Shown here piece by piece: positions 11,220 to 23,254 of a stretch of 64,000 nt of DNA. The notes under the pieces were generated by a model. That model worked only from the letters and a program-made list of their open reading frames with translations, searched no databases and was not told the origin of the DNA. The stretch comes from Bigelowiella natans CCMP2755 (lineage: Eukaryota; Protista; Cercozoa): positions 62,001 through 126,000 of the forward strand of contig ADNK01000048.1 of the NCBI GenBank assembly GCA_000320545.1. The letters run 5' to 3'. The number at the start of each line of letters is the position of its first letter. The stretch's first letter is position 1. A program made the translations under genes and the position numbers.

Positions 11220-12713
11220 ATGGCGAACGTCAGCGAGGAAGGCACGGTGAGGAGGACCGTCGTCCTTGTTCTGGGGGACATCGGACGAAGCCCTAGGATG
11301 CAATATCATGCTTTATCTCTATCAGAGATGGAAAAATCCCACGTGCACTTAGTAGGCTATGCAGGGGCGGAGCCCTTCCCTGAAGTCAGGGCAGATACGC
11401 GTATTACAATCCACCATTTGGCCGAGTTCCCTCTACCGGTCCCGAAATACCTTTTTATTTTATGGGCACCAGTTAAAGTGATCCTGCAGATTTTACAATT
11501 GTTTTGGTTGCTTCTCCTCGCCCTGCCTCGTTACCAAAGCGTGATCGTTCAAAACCCGCCTGGCCTTCCGGCGTTGCTGGTCGTTCGGCTGGCCACCTGG
11601 CTGCTCTCGGCGCGCTTTGTAATAGATTGGCACAACATGGGCTACACCCTCCTCGCTATCAGATTCGGAAATAGGATGAATCACCCTTTTGTGAGGTTCG
11701 CACGCATGTACGAGCGCGTAGTTGGACGAAGCAGTGATGAAAATATCTGCGTCACAGAGGCAATGCGGAGCTTTCTTGAGAAACAGTGGAGCATTTCGGC
11801 AAAGGTGATGCACGACCACCCTCCTCGTCACTTCAAATCGCTTGGCACAGGCGAGAAGCATGAGTTGTTTCTTCGTCTGGAGAGGGATGGGTGTTTGAGT
11901 GATGTAGCCCCGTGGCTAAGGAAGCTGAGACGGGAGAATGCTGACCGAGCAGCTTCGGAGGAAAAGCGTGAGATTAAGAGCACGACTTCTTTCTCATACC
12001 AATGTGAAGACGCACACAAAGATAGTGCTTCTCCTCCTTCAGCCATAATGGAACCTTCCCGGCCGGCACTATTGGTCAGCTCCACAAGTTGGACCCCGGA
12101 CGAGGATCTTACCATGCTGCTAGATGCTGCGAAGCTCATCGATGAAGAGATTCACAGAAATAGAAAGCTGCCCCCAGTACTGATCGTAATTACTGGTCGT
12201 GGCCCGATGCTCGAATCGTTTCTCAAGGAGCTCCACACCTCCCAGTTAAAGCACGTGAAAGTGGTGACTGCATGGCTGAAGAGCGAAGACTATCCTAAGC
12301 TTCTTGGTGCGGCGGACATTGGCGTATCTCTCCATACGTCATCCTCCGGCCTAGACCTTCCAATGAAAGTTGTGGATATGTTTGGATGTGGCCTCCCTGT
12401 TTGTGCCCACGGCTTCAAATGCGTGGGTGAATTGGTTCGTGACGGCATCAACGGCTATATTTTCAATGACGCAAAGAAGCTTGCTGCTCAAATATGCGAT
12501 CTTCTGAAACGGTTTCCAAAAGAAGGCTCAACGCTTAGAGAGATGAGAGCTCGGATAGAGAAGAGTCGGGTTGGCTGGAGCGAAGCTTGGAAGAAATCAG
12601 TAATGCAGATATTCCAAGCACGTTTTGTTCCCGGTGCGAATGCTGCTAGATGTAAACTCTTTACTCTGGCAATTGTTGGTGGAATCGTAGCTTTGTTTGT
12701 GGCAATTTTATGA
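11220..12713 (+). CDS. ALG1: ALG1 chitobiosyldiphosphodolichol beta-1,4-mannosyltransferase (GT33); possible extra 5' exons from 10643
   Basis: 497-aa uninterrupted ORF with family motifs VLGDIGRSPRMQYHALSL, QNPP, IDWHN, LLVSSTSWTPDED, ITGRGP and LHTSSSGLDLPMKVVDMFGCGLPVCA. Confidence 0.96.
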   Translation: MANVSEEGTVRRTVVLVLGDIGRSPRMQYHALSLSEMEKSHVHLVGYAGAEPFPEVRADTRITIHHLAEFPLPVPKYLFILWAPVKVILQILQLFWLLLLALPRYQSVIVQNPPGLPALLVVRLATWLLSARFVIDWHNMGYTLLAIRFGNRMNHPFVRFARMYERVVGRSSDENICVTEAMRSFLEKQWSISAKVMHDHPPRHFKSLGTGEKHELFLRLERDGCLSDVAPWLRKLRRENADRAASEEKREIKSTTSFSYQCEDAHKDSASPPSAIMEPSRPALLVSSTSWTPDEDLTMLLDAAKLIDEEIHRNRKLPPVLIVITGRGPMLESFLKELHTSQLKHVKVVTAWLKSEDYPKLLGAADIGVSLHTSSSGLDLPMKVVDMFGCGLPVCAHGFKCVGELVRDGINGYIFNDAKKLAAQICDLLKRFPKEGSTLREMRARIEKSRVGWSEAWKKSVMQIFQARFVPGANAARCKLFTLAIVGGIVALFVAIL

Positions 12714-13681
12714 CGGGCGTGGTGATGTGTAGATTACATTCTTGCTCTTATGTAGCTATATTAAGATCGCGATCAGAGCACCAGCTCGATCTACTTGCAC
12801 TTTTTTTCTTTATTACGACTAAAGACCCGTAAGACGTACACACACAGTTGACAGGTTACTTGCATCGTATGCATGAAGCGTAATGAGCTTTAGCTAGCAC
12901 TGTCTGGGATAGATCAAAGCATGACTGACGCTAAGATATACCAGCCATTCGTCCATAGTTTAATAGCACTGTTGCACCAAGCCAAAGCGAGGAATGCACA
13001 GATGTCGCAGCATGTGCAAACACTCAAACACTGCACACGTGCGTTGTGGCAGCGCAGTATAGGCACACGTGCAGTTCACACCACTGTCCTGCACTCGGCA
13101 GCCATCGCACACGAAGTATAACCTAATGCATCGTTAAAGAGTCATAGCATTTCAAATTACGTAACATCTTCTACAACTGCTGTCTCAATGCTAGCATTGG
13201 TATCCACCGTCGCAATTTATTTTCACCTTAATGTTTGCCTTCATGTCAACCCGTAAGAAACTACTGATCGAACTAGATCGAATTGCGAAAAAAATCGATG
13301 CAGCGGCTTTGAAGTGCACACATGCAATACAATAGGGCACAGAGCTGGCTAATCTAGCTTGCCGGCGCTTATGCTGACTGTCACATTAGCATTCGTATGT
13401 GCGCTAAAACAGCAATAATGGATACAAGCGGCGGCTGGTCATGAGGCGATTAATTACGTGTACTTTTGAATGTGTATGCAGAATGCCGACCAATGACGTC
13501 TAGATATGTCTGCCCAACAATTTCATCCAGCACTGAATAACGCAGGGAAATACCCCACGACGGCCGCGCGTGGGTTTCAAATGTACATACACCAGCTTTT
13601 TAATCTTCTTTTCCTCAGCTTTCCTCTTTTCCACAACAGACAAGCACGTTTAGAGAGAAGTGTGATGATTATACTCTTCCA

Positions 13682-15641
13682 CTACTTTGATTGCAGTACT
13701 ACTCGGGATCCAGAGCCACCCAACCGGGACATGCTTGCACGTCCACGTCCGGGAAGATGGGCTTGATTAGTTTGACCATACCTTTTTTCTTGGTAATGTT
13801 GCAGCAATGCCATAGCATATTGCTGCGATTCTCTGAGTGCTTTTCTGCGTTGTGCCTCCACGTATTGCTTCCTCTCCTTATATTCAGGCCTCTCTGAATC
13901 CTCGTACTCCGAGGCCTTGTGAGCCTCGTGATGGACCTGCATGGATTGCACAGTCTGATCAACACTTTGCTTGTACTTGGCTCTGAGGTTGCCGACGATA
14001 TCAGTCTCGCCGCTTCCGTCGGTAAGATGGCGGGAGATTGGCGTTGTTAGAGCGTGGGACTTTTTGCTGGCTGCTCTTACCACCGAAAGGTAATGCAACA
14101 TCAAAGCAGAGTGGTACATTGTCGTTGACTGTTTAAAGAAAGTTAACCAAAAAGACTTCCATTAACGTAAAATTTCGCTTAGACTCCACAACAAAAAGAA
14201 AGGATCGCATAATATGAGAGAAATTAAAAATTTCATTCTAGTTGCGACGACAGCCCGCGAAAATTCTTCCAAAGAAGATTGGGGGGACTTAGGGAGAAAG
14301 AAAGGAAATGTCGTAAGGCAGTGATATTACCTTCCGATCAATTTTGAAGGGAACCCTTTTAGTGTCAATAATGGCAGGCATGCTCTCATGTCGCTCATTC
14401 TCCTGACCACCTCCGGAGATCGATGCAGCTGTCCTAGATTTTGATTTCCACGAGGCTTTTGTGGTTGGACGGCTTTTCTTAGAAATCGCCGTCACAGGCC
14501 TCGTAGAACCGGATATCTTCGTACCATCTGCAGTCTCGCGGTGGCGCTGAAGTGATCTGCTCATGGGCTGAGGACAGAGCATTTCATCCAAATTCTCCAT
14601 CCTCTGAACAATCTTCTTTTTGAGTTGAAAGGCCTTGCGCAGCATCCGATCCTGCGAGATAGTTTCATGCAACAGTTATCGACTATGCCAATAGCATGCT
14701 GGAGAGAACACACACACACACACACACAAACGCACATGCACACACTCAACACACAATATTCACGGGCATAACTGCGCGATCGTATATGTGCTTTGATTTG
14801 TGATGCAGCTATCTTCATACAGATTATAGATTCACTGTATGTCAGGACACATCTACATGTACTAGAGAGAGCGAGAGACGTGAGACGGGGTTTGGAGAAA
14901 GAGAAAGAGTGTGAAATCAAACAAAATGGACAGGCATAGGATTAAAGTTGAGTTCTCCAATCTCTCCTCTCTAACTAGCGCCAATAGAATGCAGTAAAGC
15001 TGCCGAGGCAGGCAGCAGCGGTGGCTGATGGTCGTCATCATCATCATCATACCTGGTCTGAGATCGCTTGGCTGATAAGATTGATCCAGTGGCTGATGTT
15101 TATTCTATACGGTTGGTAACCGGTGGTCCAGTCCAGAATTATCGCCTTCAACTTGGAGGGGAACTCACCGGAGAAGTTTTCCTTCGACTTCGGATACGCA
15201 CTCACGAGGGAATAGTATAGCGTCTGGGCTAGCCCGTCAGGGTACATGTTCATGAAGAAGTCCTTCTCCGTGCACAACGAACCTGGGCCCCTGGCACTCG
15301 GGTTGGCCATGTCGTCAGGGGTCAGCATCGAATCGAATAGATTTACGAAATTCTCGGCCATTCTATTGAAAATCGCTCCTCGGATTCGAGACTGTTCCTC
15401 TTGAGCTTCCTGAGATTCCGATGCCACATCATCGGGTATGCTCGAGAGGCTGCTGCTCGCTCTGTTATGGCCCTTTTTACTACGGAACTTCCGCTTTCTA
15501 TCGGCTTGAGGTGTACCTGGCCCGAAGCAGCTCGAAACTAGAAACCTGCGATTTCAAAACTGGTTATGTCATCATCGTGCTGCCACAGGAATTCAGCTTG
15601 TGTATGTGTATATGTATGTGTGTGTGTGAGAGAGAGAGAGA

Positions 15642-15675
<34 letters not shown>

Positions 15676-16029
15676 TATTGATAATGATGAGCGTGTTAGC
15701 TTTTATCGTACCAAAATCCATCGTTTGCTATTGCAAGGGCCTCTTGCTGCTTGAACCGCTTGCGAAATCTCTCAGCATCAGCTTCAGATACAAAGGGGAG
15801 TCTGTTGATCGCATGGTTCATCATCTCAGGGAGGCGAGCTGCTTTGGGAGCTGCAACTGTGCCACTCTCAAGAGAGCGAGGAAGGTTACGAGCCTGGGTC
15901 TCAACGTTATTTGTTGTAACATCATCCGAGGACGAAGAATCACTAATTCCGATACCTACAAGATCAAGGAAATAGCAAATTAGATGAGCAGTAAAGCCTT
16001 CTCTTTTCGTCCTCTCTCTATCTCTCTAT

Positions 16030-16064
<35 letters not shown>

Positions 16065-16146
16065 ACACATAGTATACTTATATAATATATGTCTCAGTAT
16101 CCTTATAATTCATTATACCTGTCATAAATGTTCCTGCCTGGCCCAT
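13682..16146 (-). CDS. FAM227-family (FWWh-domain) protein, multi-exon
   Basis: Spliced ALAIANDGFW|FLVSSCFGP (FWWh-like motif), then IFNRMAENFVNLF...KDFFMNMYPDGLAQTLYYSLVSAYPKS...ILDWTTGYQP, as recalled for FAM227A/B. Both ends are uncertain; it may extend upstream into the 16358-17807 exons. Confidence 0.7.
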
Positions 16147-16357
16147 GGTACTTCGTTTCGCGCTACCTGCTCTCCCATAAAAGGAAGCCGATTTTCTATT
16201 CATCGTGCTGAACCCAGAACTAAAATTGGAGCCGGGGCTCGTAGGAGATAATTCTTCTGGTTGGTACTGAAGCCTAATTTAGTCAAGCAGCCGAAGATCA
16301 AAACAATAGCAGTTGAGGGTTGTTCCCCAACAAATTGAATGGATCTTTCCAACACGA

Positions 16358-17807
16358 TTAGCTAGCAATCACAAACCCATTCGAATAGTTCCCAGTCAGC
16401 GAAAAGAGAGATTTACTCCCTGTCATTAGATTATCAATAATCTTCTCTGCGGCTTTCATGCCCTCTTTCTTCAATAGTAATTGATTTTCCTCCATCTTAG
16501 GCTGTAGAACAAAACAGAGAAAAGGAATAAGTGACTACCTTGTGCATAATTAATCTTTTTTCGTATTTTTCTCACCAGGTACGGATCAGGTCGCGGCCGA
16601 ACTCTTATCTTAGGCAATCCAGCTGATTAGATTATAAGTTTTTAATCCAAAATAAAGCCACATTTTGCCGAAATATGAACAGGAGTCCGAATTACCAGGT
16701 TTCCTATCCAATGTATCATCATCTGCTATCGACGAGTTCCACCCAGGTTTACTAGAGCTGCAGACAGGATATGCAATTACAACTTGCGTCGATAGAAAGT
16801 GTAACAGAATTTGATTTATTGAACGAACCTGGTGGCTTTCTTCATCTTCTCTGCCTTCTTTCGTATAGCTGCATATTTCAGCAAATGTAAATTTACAGAT
16901 GTTGGACCTGTGTCATTAGTATGGTGCAAATGTTATCATTACTTCGCTCCCTTCGTCCCCAACTTGTATTCATCAGCATCGCATTCACCTAATTCAACAT
17001 TTGAAGGTTAGCTCTACATTCTGAGGGTTTTATTCAGTAGTAGAAAATACAGGTATGTACCCTCTGCAAATCTTCGACAGTTGACACCCCTCTCTGAAGT
17101 TAATCGTACGATTAGTATTTGTCCTTCATTCAACTTGATTACTGTTACCTTGCCAGAACTTTTATTCTTAAGAGAGGATTTTGTCCTTGCGCTGGATTCA
17201 TATTAAAAAATTGGTCACCCATATATCAGTACGCTAAACGCGGTTGATTTCGTTGGAAGATACCTTAAATCTCTCATGATGTTGTATCGTATATCCTGCA
17301 ATACAGGGGAAATTATAAGTAAACTTTAAGAGAGAATATTTTGAAGAAGTAGCTGCCTCAGACCTGTTCGACCATCTCTCTTTCAATGTCGCGTTCCAAC
17401 ATTGCCTCTTGAGGATCTTCAATGCTAACCTGTTGAGGTGTGTGCAGCCTTAGTGGGAAAGGGTTAGGATGTGATAGGCAATTTGATGTAAAAACTTCCA
17501 TCTTGCAGAATAAGAGGTTCAATTCATTCGTTTCGTACTGGTTCAAGCTTCTCAAATTTTTGCCAGAATTCCTCCATCTTTTTCCTTTCGGCCAGTTGAC
17601 TGTCAGGCCGCATTTCTTTCTGTTCGTCACTTCTTTTCTCCTCTCTCATCTTCATATCTTTCTCCCACCTCTTGTAAGCATCAGCCGAAGGTCCCTGTGT
17701 CATGAAGACGTTATTCGGAAGAACTTTCGATTGCATGCACATTATAAAATGACCTCATCAGGACTCTCAGCAATGTTGCCCATTGTTGTCCCTTCAGGAT
17801 GGATCAT
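16358..17807 (-). CDS. Hypothetical multi-exon protein (charged, coiled-coil-like); possibly the N-terminal part of the FAM227 gene
   Basis: Chain of short GT-AG-bounded exons: MIHPEGTTMGNIAESPDE|GPSADAYKRWEKDMKMREEK...FWQKFEKLEP|VSIEDPQEAMLERDIEREMVEQ|...|SSKPGWNSSIADDDTLDRKP|...|PKMEENQLLLKKEGMKAAEKIIDNLM. No family recognised. Confidence 0.5.
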
Positions 17808-18208
17808 ATTGCTAGAAACTTGCTAAAGACAATGGCGATACGATCGAGGACTTATATCTTCTTGATAGCTGCCTCTCAGGCGAGCCCCCCTCCTTCTTAC
17901 ACGAGCTGAGTGTGACAGATGCAGTGCAGCTTCTTTGACGTAAACCTGGTAAACCTCCGTTACTGGCCTTCGCCCGTTTCCATGAAAAGGGCTCATGCAG
18001 TGATAAAAACCCGGAAACGGAAGGGTTTCTTACACTCCGACAATGGACAAAGCCTGCCTTTTTTGGGACAATTCTCGGATAAATAGAGGCTATTTTCATC
18101 TTGCGACAAAATCGTTTGGGCATCTTTTAATTTCGGAACGGACAACTGGAGAAGGTGAAGGGGGGGGCGAGCCGACGATACTCGACTGGCTGGTGACACC
18201 ACGCTCCC

Positions 18209-19644
18209 ATGGTTCGATCGCGACTGGTTCTTTCCGTTAAAGTTGCTATTTGCAAGATTTTTCTGGCTGGGGCTGGCTGGCAGGCGGTATGACATCAGAA
18301 CTATGGCCTACACTAGTCGTTCCCAGGATCACAGATTTGTTTTCATTCCCCTCTACAGGCAGCTTTTGCTGCAGATGCGATGGGCCTTGGACAGCACAGG
18401 AGTCTGCCATTTAGTTCTGGATTCCTATGGCTAACTGCAACCGGGATTGGAGATGCTCTCGGAGGTAACGGGATTTGACAACGAATGGTTTCGCTCCAGC
18501 TTCAACCATGTAAATGTTTTAGTTTTCCTTGGACATGCAATATTATCATCGTATGGGCTCTATCATGGAACAGTATCCCCGGAAGAATTTTGGAAGGAAG
18601 CTGGAATTGTATGCACTGGATCCATACTCTCGGGTTCTGCATGGCAGGTTTGTCTCGACGCCCTAATATATGCCGATTGTGTCATGTATAAACTACGATT
18701 CCAAAGTCATCGTTTATCACTGAATCCATATTGCGAGGACCGCGACAGAAATTATGGCCAATCATCCCATCTCCCTATGCACGTCAATACTTTTACTCAT
18801 CCTCTACAATGATGCAGGGCGCTCTAGATTCGTGCATTGCTGGGGATTTTCAGTTCGAGGTGGGCATGTTAGGGACGGGTTTTGCCTGTGGCATGCTTTT
18901 TTGGACGGGCCTGAAGGCGGGGCGTTCGTGGACTCGGTCGAGCACGCAAGGAAGTTGGGGAGATGCAACTTTGAGTTGGGCCTGCGGAGGGGCGTCTGCC
19001 TTCTTCGTGAGCACAGACAGGCGGTCCTCATCCACCATTCACTTCTCAATACCTTCCACATCCAACTCCACAGTGCCACATTGTGATGATATATTAGATA
19101 ACCGATGCGTTCCAATATCCACTCTTAGCTACCATGGGAACTGGCTTCAGGCCGTTACGGGTGAGCGCACGGGCGAATCTGGTAGATCAACAATCTAGTT
19201 ACCTTAAACTATTTGTATCGATGATTAGGAGAGTTGCTTCTCTAACGCATCCATAATACCACACGAACGCATCTTCACCAATGACATAAATGCAAATATG
19301 ACTCGCGCCTCCTTCCAAACTCTGGGCTATTATTCAAAGGTGTGGACGTCCTAAGAGCCGGATTGTCCACAATGTTGGGATTCTTAGTAGTGCAAGTGCT
19401 GCTAATTGCACTGGTACCGACGGGCTTTCTCTGGACTGAAAATGAATCAAATGATGAGGTTGAAGAGGTGGAGTCAGTAGGAGACCAACACCAAAGTAAT
19501 AACTTGTACAGTGCCGCTCAAGGCCGTCCCGGATATGGGACAGAAAAGAATATCTTCGGTTCCTTCATTGGTAGTCACCAAATTCCACAGAACGCCTCAT
19601 TCTCCTCAAACATCTCCAGAGAGGGTCCAACCCATCAAGTTTAA
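18209..19644 (+). CDS. Conserved protist multi-pass membrane protein of unknown function
   Basis: Spliced MVRSRLVLSVKVAICKIFLAGAGWQA|AAFAADAMG...TATGIGDALG|VFLGHAIL...SILSGSAWQ|...GFACGMLFWTGLKAGR...GDATLSWACGGASAFFVSTD...GNWLQAVTG...RAGLSTMLGFLVVQVLLIALVPTGFLWTE. Resembles a Gly-rich uncharacterised algal membrane family (KIFPAGFGWQ / TGxGD / SGxxWQ / GGAxAFFVGTD), recalled from memory. Confidence 0.65.
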
Positions 19645-20689
19645 GTCTTTGCTTCTTCTTTTATCTTTCAAAAGAGTCTACTTTGAGGATCACTTAGCGT
19701 TGCAAATTAACAAGAAAATCAGCTGCACACAAGCAAACGTTTCAACATTAAAGGATATGCATACTAAATGTAAAGCGCGAATCACCCGAATGGCATCGGC
19801 CCAAATAACGGCAGTTGTAACATGGACATGGAAAAATAAGCAAAGTTAGCATTTCTAAGTGTACTGTGTGCTGTGTGCGAGCGTAACAATTCATGTAGTA
19901 CTATTATGTGGAAGTAATGATCGATCTTAGTGTCGTTATGCCTCCACATGCATTAGCACTATTTTATTTTTTATCCTTCACGCTACGGTCGGTCGATTCA
20001 GCTAGCTAGAGAGCGATATTAGACTTGTGCGGAACACATGCAGCCAGGCTTAGAAGTTACAGTACAATAACTATAATCTACAAGAGAGACATATAAATTT
20101 AAAATGCCGAAACAGTACTAGTTAGAGGTTCTGCAATCCAGGGATATATCGATCCCTGAGCATACGCACCTTGTTCCCATGGGACGCACCAATTTACAAG
20201 GATCATGCCTATCGTTCAATTAACTTTCTAGTATAAGTGAATGCGAAGAGGTGTACGAACTTTCTCTTTTGTCAGGGGCTGATGAATGCACATGTACATG
20301 TGCAGCTGTCACACAAACATCAAATGCTGAGCGTAGCGCATGACCTCACGCAGATGCCGCACGAGGCCTAGCTAGCTAGATGATTGCATCGTAGCGTTGC
20401 GTTCATCGTTGAACGATGAAGACATCTTACATGATGAGCATTAATTCACAGGTGATATTTGTTGTGCACACACAATAAGCTACAATCGGCATGTCTAGAT
20501 GGGTCTATAACATGTCACATGCATGACAGCGCAGGTGCATGAAACGTCGCTTTGCAATGCCATCTAGCCATGCATGCGCTAAACAATGTGATGCTACAAA
20601 ATTTCACAATGATGGCACATAAATTTAAAGTTGCAACGTTATCTTACTCTCTCTGTCTCTCTCTTCGTGTGTGCTGGTATATGTGTATA

Positions 20690-20729
<40 letters not shown>

Positions 20730-21012
20730 ATGTAACATTGTATGCATGCATCATGCGAAGGTCTTCAGTTGTGAGACAAAGTGTTGCATCTTTAGTCTTT
20801 TAACAGATAATTCGATTGGACTTCTAAACATTTATCTGGTTGCAACTTTTGCATGCATCCGCATGCTGGCGTGGCGCATAGTCTCGAGGCACACATGCTA
20901 ATAAAATGTAAAATTTAAATTCTAAATCTATCAAGGTTGTCATCTGTACGGCTACAAATAGCTTTGCGTTAAATCGCCGCCTTCAATTATAGTTTTGAAA
21001 TAAATCACCAAA

Positions 21013-22727
21013 CTAGGTTGAGTGATTCATGTTAATCAACTTCGCGAACTTCTTCCATTCTTTTCCTGAACAAATAATGGCTGCCGAGAAGGGTGCAGGT
21101 TCACCTTTTGCATTGTTTTTCAGCCGTGACCGAATTTTCTTTCCCCCTCCCGAAGTTCTCGAACCCGCTGCCGCTACTTCTTCTGCTGCTTGTATGGGAA
21201 CAAAGGTGATGATATACACTGAGGAAGTGGCACTGGTCGGACGCACACAGAACGCTACGACTCGTGTGCACTTCCATCCGAACTTGCAGCCATCAACTAC
21301 ACAACCGTCACTACCCAACACTGCGATGCCAGCGCTGCCAATCAGAACGAGGCCAGCATCACCAATGTCGGAAGTCGCGAATGATAGCGATCTCTCTATT
21401 CGAATAACCTTGACAAGAGGAGAGTCTTTTCGCACACTACCGTCTTCACCGTTAGGCTCCATCGTCGCAGTCATTTCTTTGAAATCTTGTCGCGCAAGCT
21501 GTTGGACATCTCGTGGGAATCTCAGAAGCTGTAGGCCTACAACATGGCCCTGAATGAGCCCCGGAACTTTCGAATTAACCGCAAAAGCCTCCAGGGAATA
21601 CGACGATAGAGATGCCCATGCATATCGCCATTCAACCCAATTCACAGGGTCATGCTTGCTCTCTGCTTGCACCCTTGCTGACGATTTCTTCTTCCGTTCT
21701 CCTTCCGTTTCTGCTATTCCTCCTCCTCCTCCTCCTCCTCCTCCTCCTCCTCCTCTTCCACTGACAATGGGCGCTCGATACGAGACCGGCGCTTCTGCAG
21801 AGATATCTACGAGGCCCTGCGACGTGTGAGCGACGAGGTCCAGCGTGCCAGACATTGGCCTCGTGATCGCCCCCACAAGGCCAGTTCCCACGCCCCGTAG
21901 AAACCCCCATGCCCCGCCATGTAAGGCGCCTTGGATGGGTTCTGTCACCACACCGCTCACACCCCCCCAGACCCCTGAGGCGAGGCGGCCAACGCCGCTG
22001 AAGATGCTGCGACTCTCCGGCGCGTGCTCAGCGCTCCCCTCCTCATCAAAGCCACTATGGCCGAAGGAGGAGCTGCTGCGACTGTGGTGATAATGATGAC
22101 GACGGCGACGTTGATCCATACCGTGTCTTCGCTGGCTCGGCGGCGTTTCAGCTCGCATTATTCTCCTCCTCGCCGCAGAAGAGGACGGAGATGGCGATGC
22201 TAAAGAAGACCCGGCTCCTCCCGTGGTGGAGGAGGAGGAGGAGCTGGACGATAACCGATCCAAGTTGCGAGCCAGTGAAGAGGTTATGGAAGCTAGAGAT
22301 GCCAGGGTGCCCTCAGAAGTATGGCGGACCAGCGAAAGTGTGCCCGCCGCTAGCGCAGAGAGGAAAGCAGAGGGGCTCTTCCTCAAGGCATGCGTGGGGA
22401 GCGTCAGGAAGTCGGTCACCCCGGTCATTATCGACTGATATCCGATGCATGCAAAACAACAAGAACAACCACCAAAACGTCAGGAACATTGAAAACCAAG
22501 CCCAGTATCATGTACCGTCGTGTGCACACGATGTACTACAACGGCAGCGTCTGCAGCGGGAAAAATACGCGCGCGTGCACGTGTGCCTACGTGCGTACGT
22601 GTGTGCGGTGTGCGAGCAGCTACCTGCACGAGAAATGTGGGATTTCCGAGGATTTGGAGAGATCTGGATAAAGCAGAGGGAGATCATCATCGTCATGATC
22701 AACATCATCAGCAAACTTTCGTAAAGG

Positions 22728-22766
<39 letters not shown>

Positions 22767-23223
22767 TCCACATGACCCACGACTGCTTACCCTAGGATGA
22801 TAGGGGCCGAGATGATCGCATCCGTCAGGTATTGGGCTCCGAGCTGCCTTCCGAATTGGTTCAGCGGTGTGCACAGCTTGTGCATCGAGACCTTTGAGAG
22901 CGTAAGAGGCATGCGCCCAGCCCCCACGTGCAGAAATCGGAGTATCTACGGCATATAAAAATAATTCGGAATAAGGAGATTTTGCGAAGTCGCCACTGGC
23001 ATTTATGGCACGGATCAACATCGAAGGCTTTCTCATTGCTTTCGGATGGTGACGAGATGATCGCCATCGCCGAGACAAACGCAAGCAGCATATAAGTAGT
23101 AACTGCGACCCACACCCCATCATAGCACCATCATCAACTTGGCCTATACTAGTTCCTTGTACTACCAGACATCATCATAATACTGCGTAATCCTACTTAA
23201 AATCACGACCACAACACTACTAT

Positions 23224-23254
<31 letters not shown>

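Noticed and set aside
17832-18295. Overlapping head-to-head genes, with a signal-peptide-like ORF at 17832 and a minus ORF at 17993-18295
   Set aside because: The membrane gene has a family-consistent start at 18209 with an in-frame stop just upstream, so no overlap is required.
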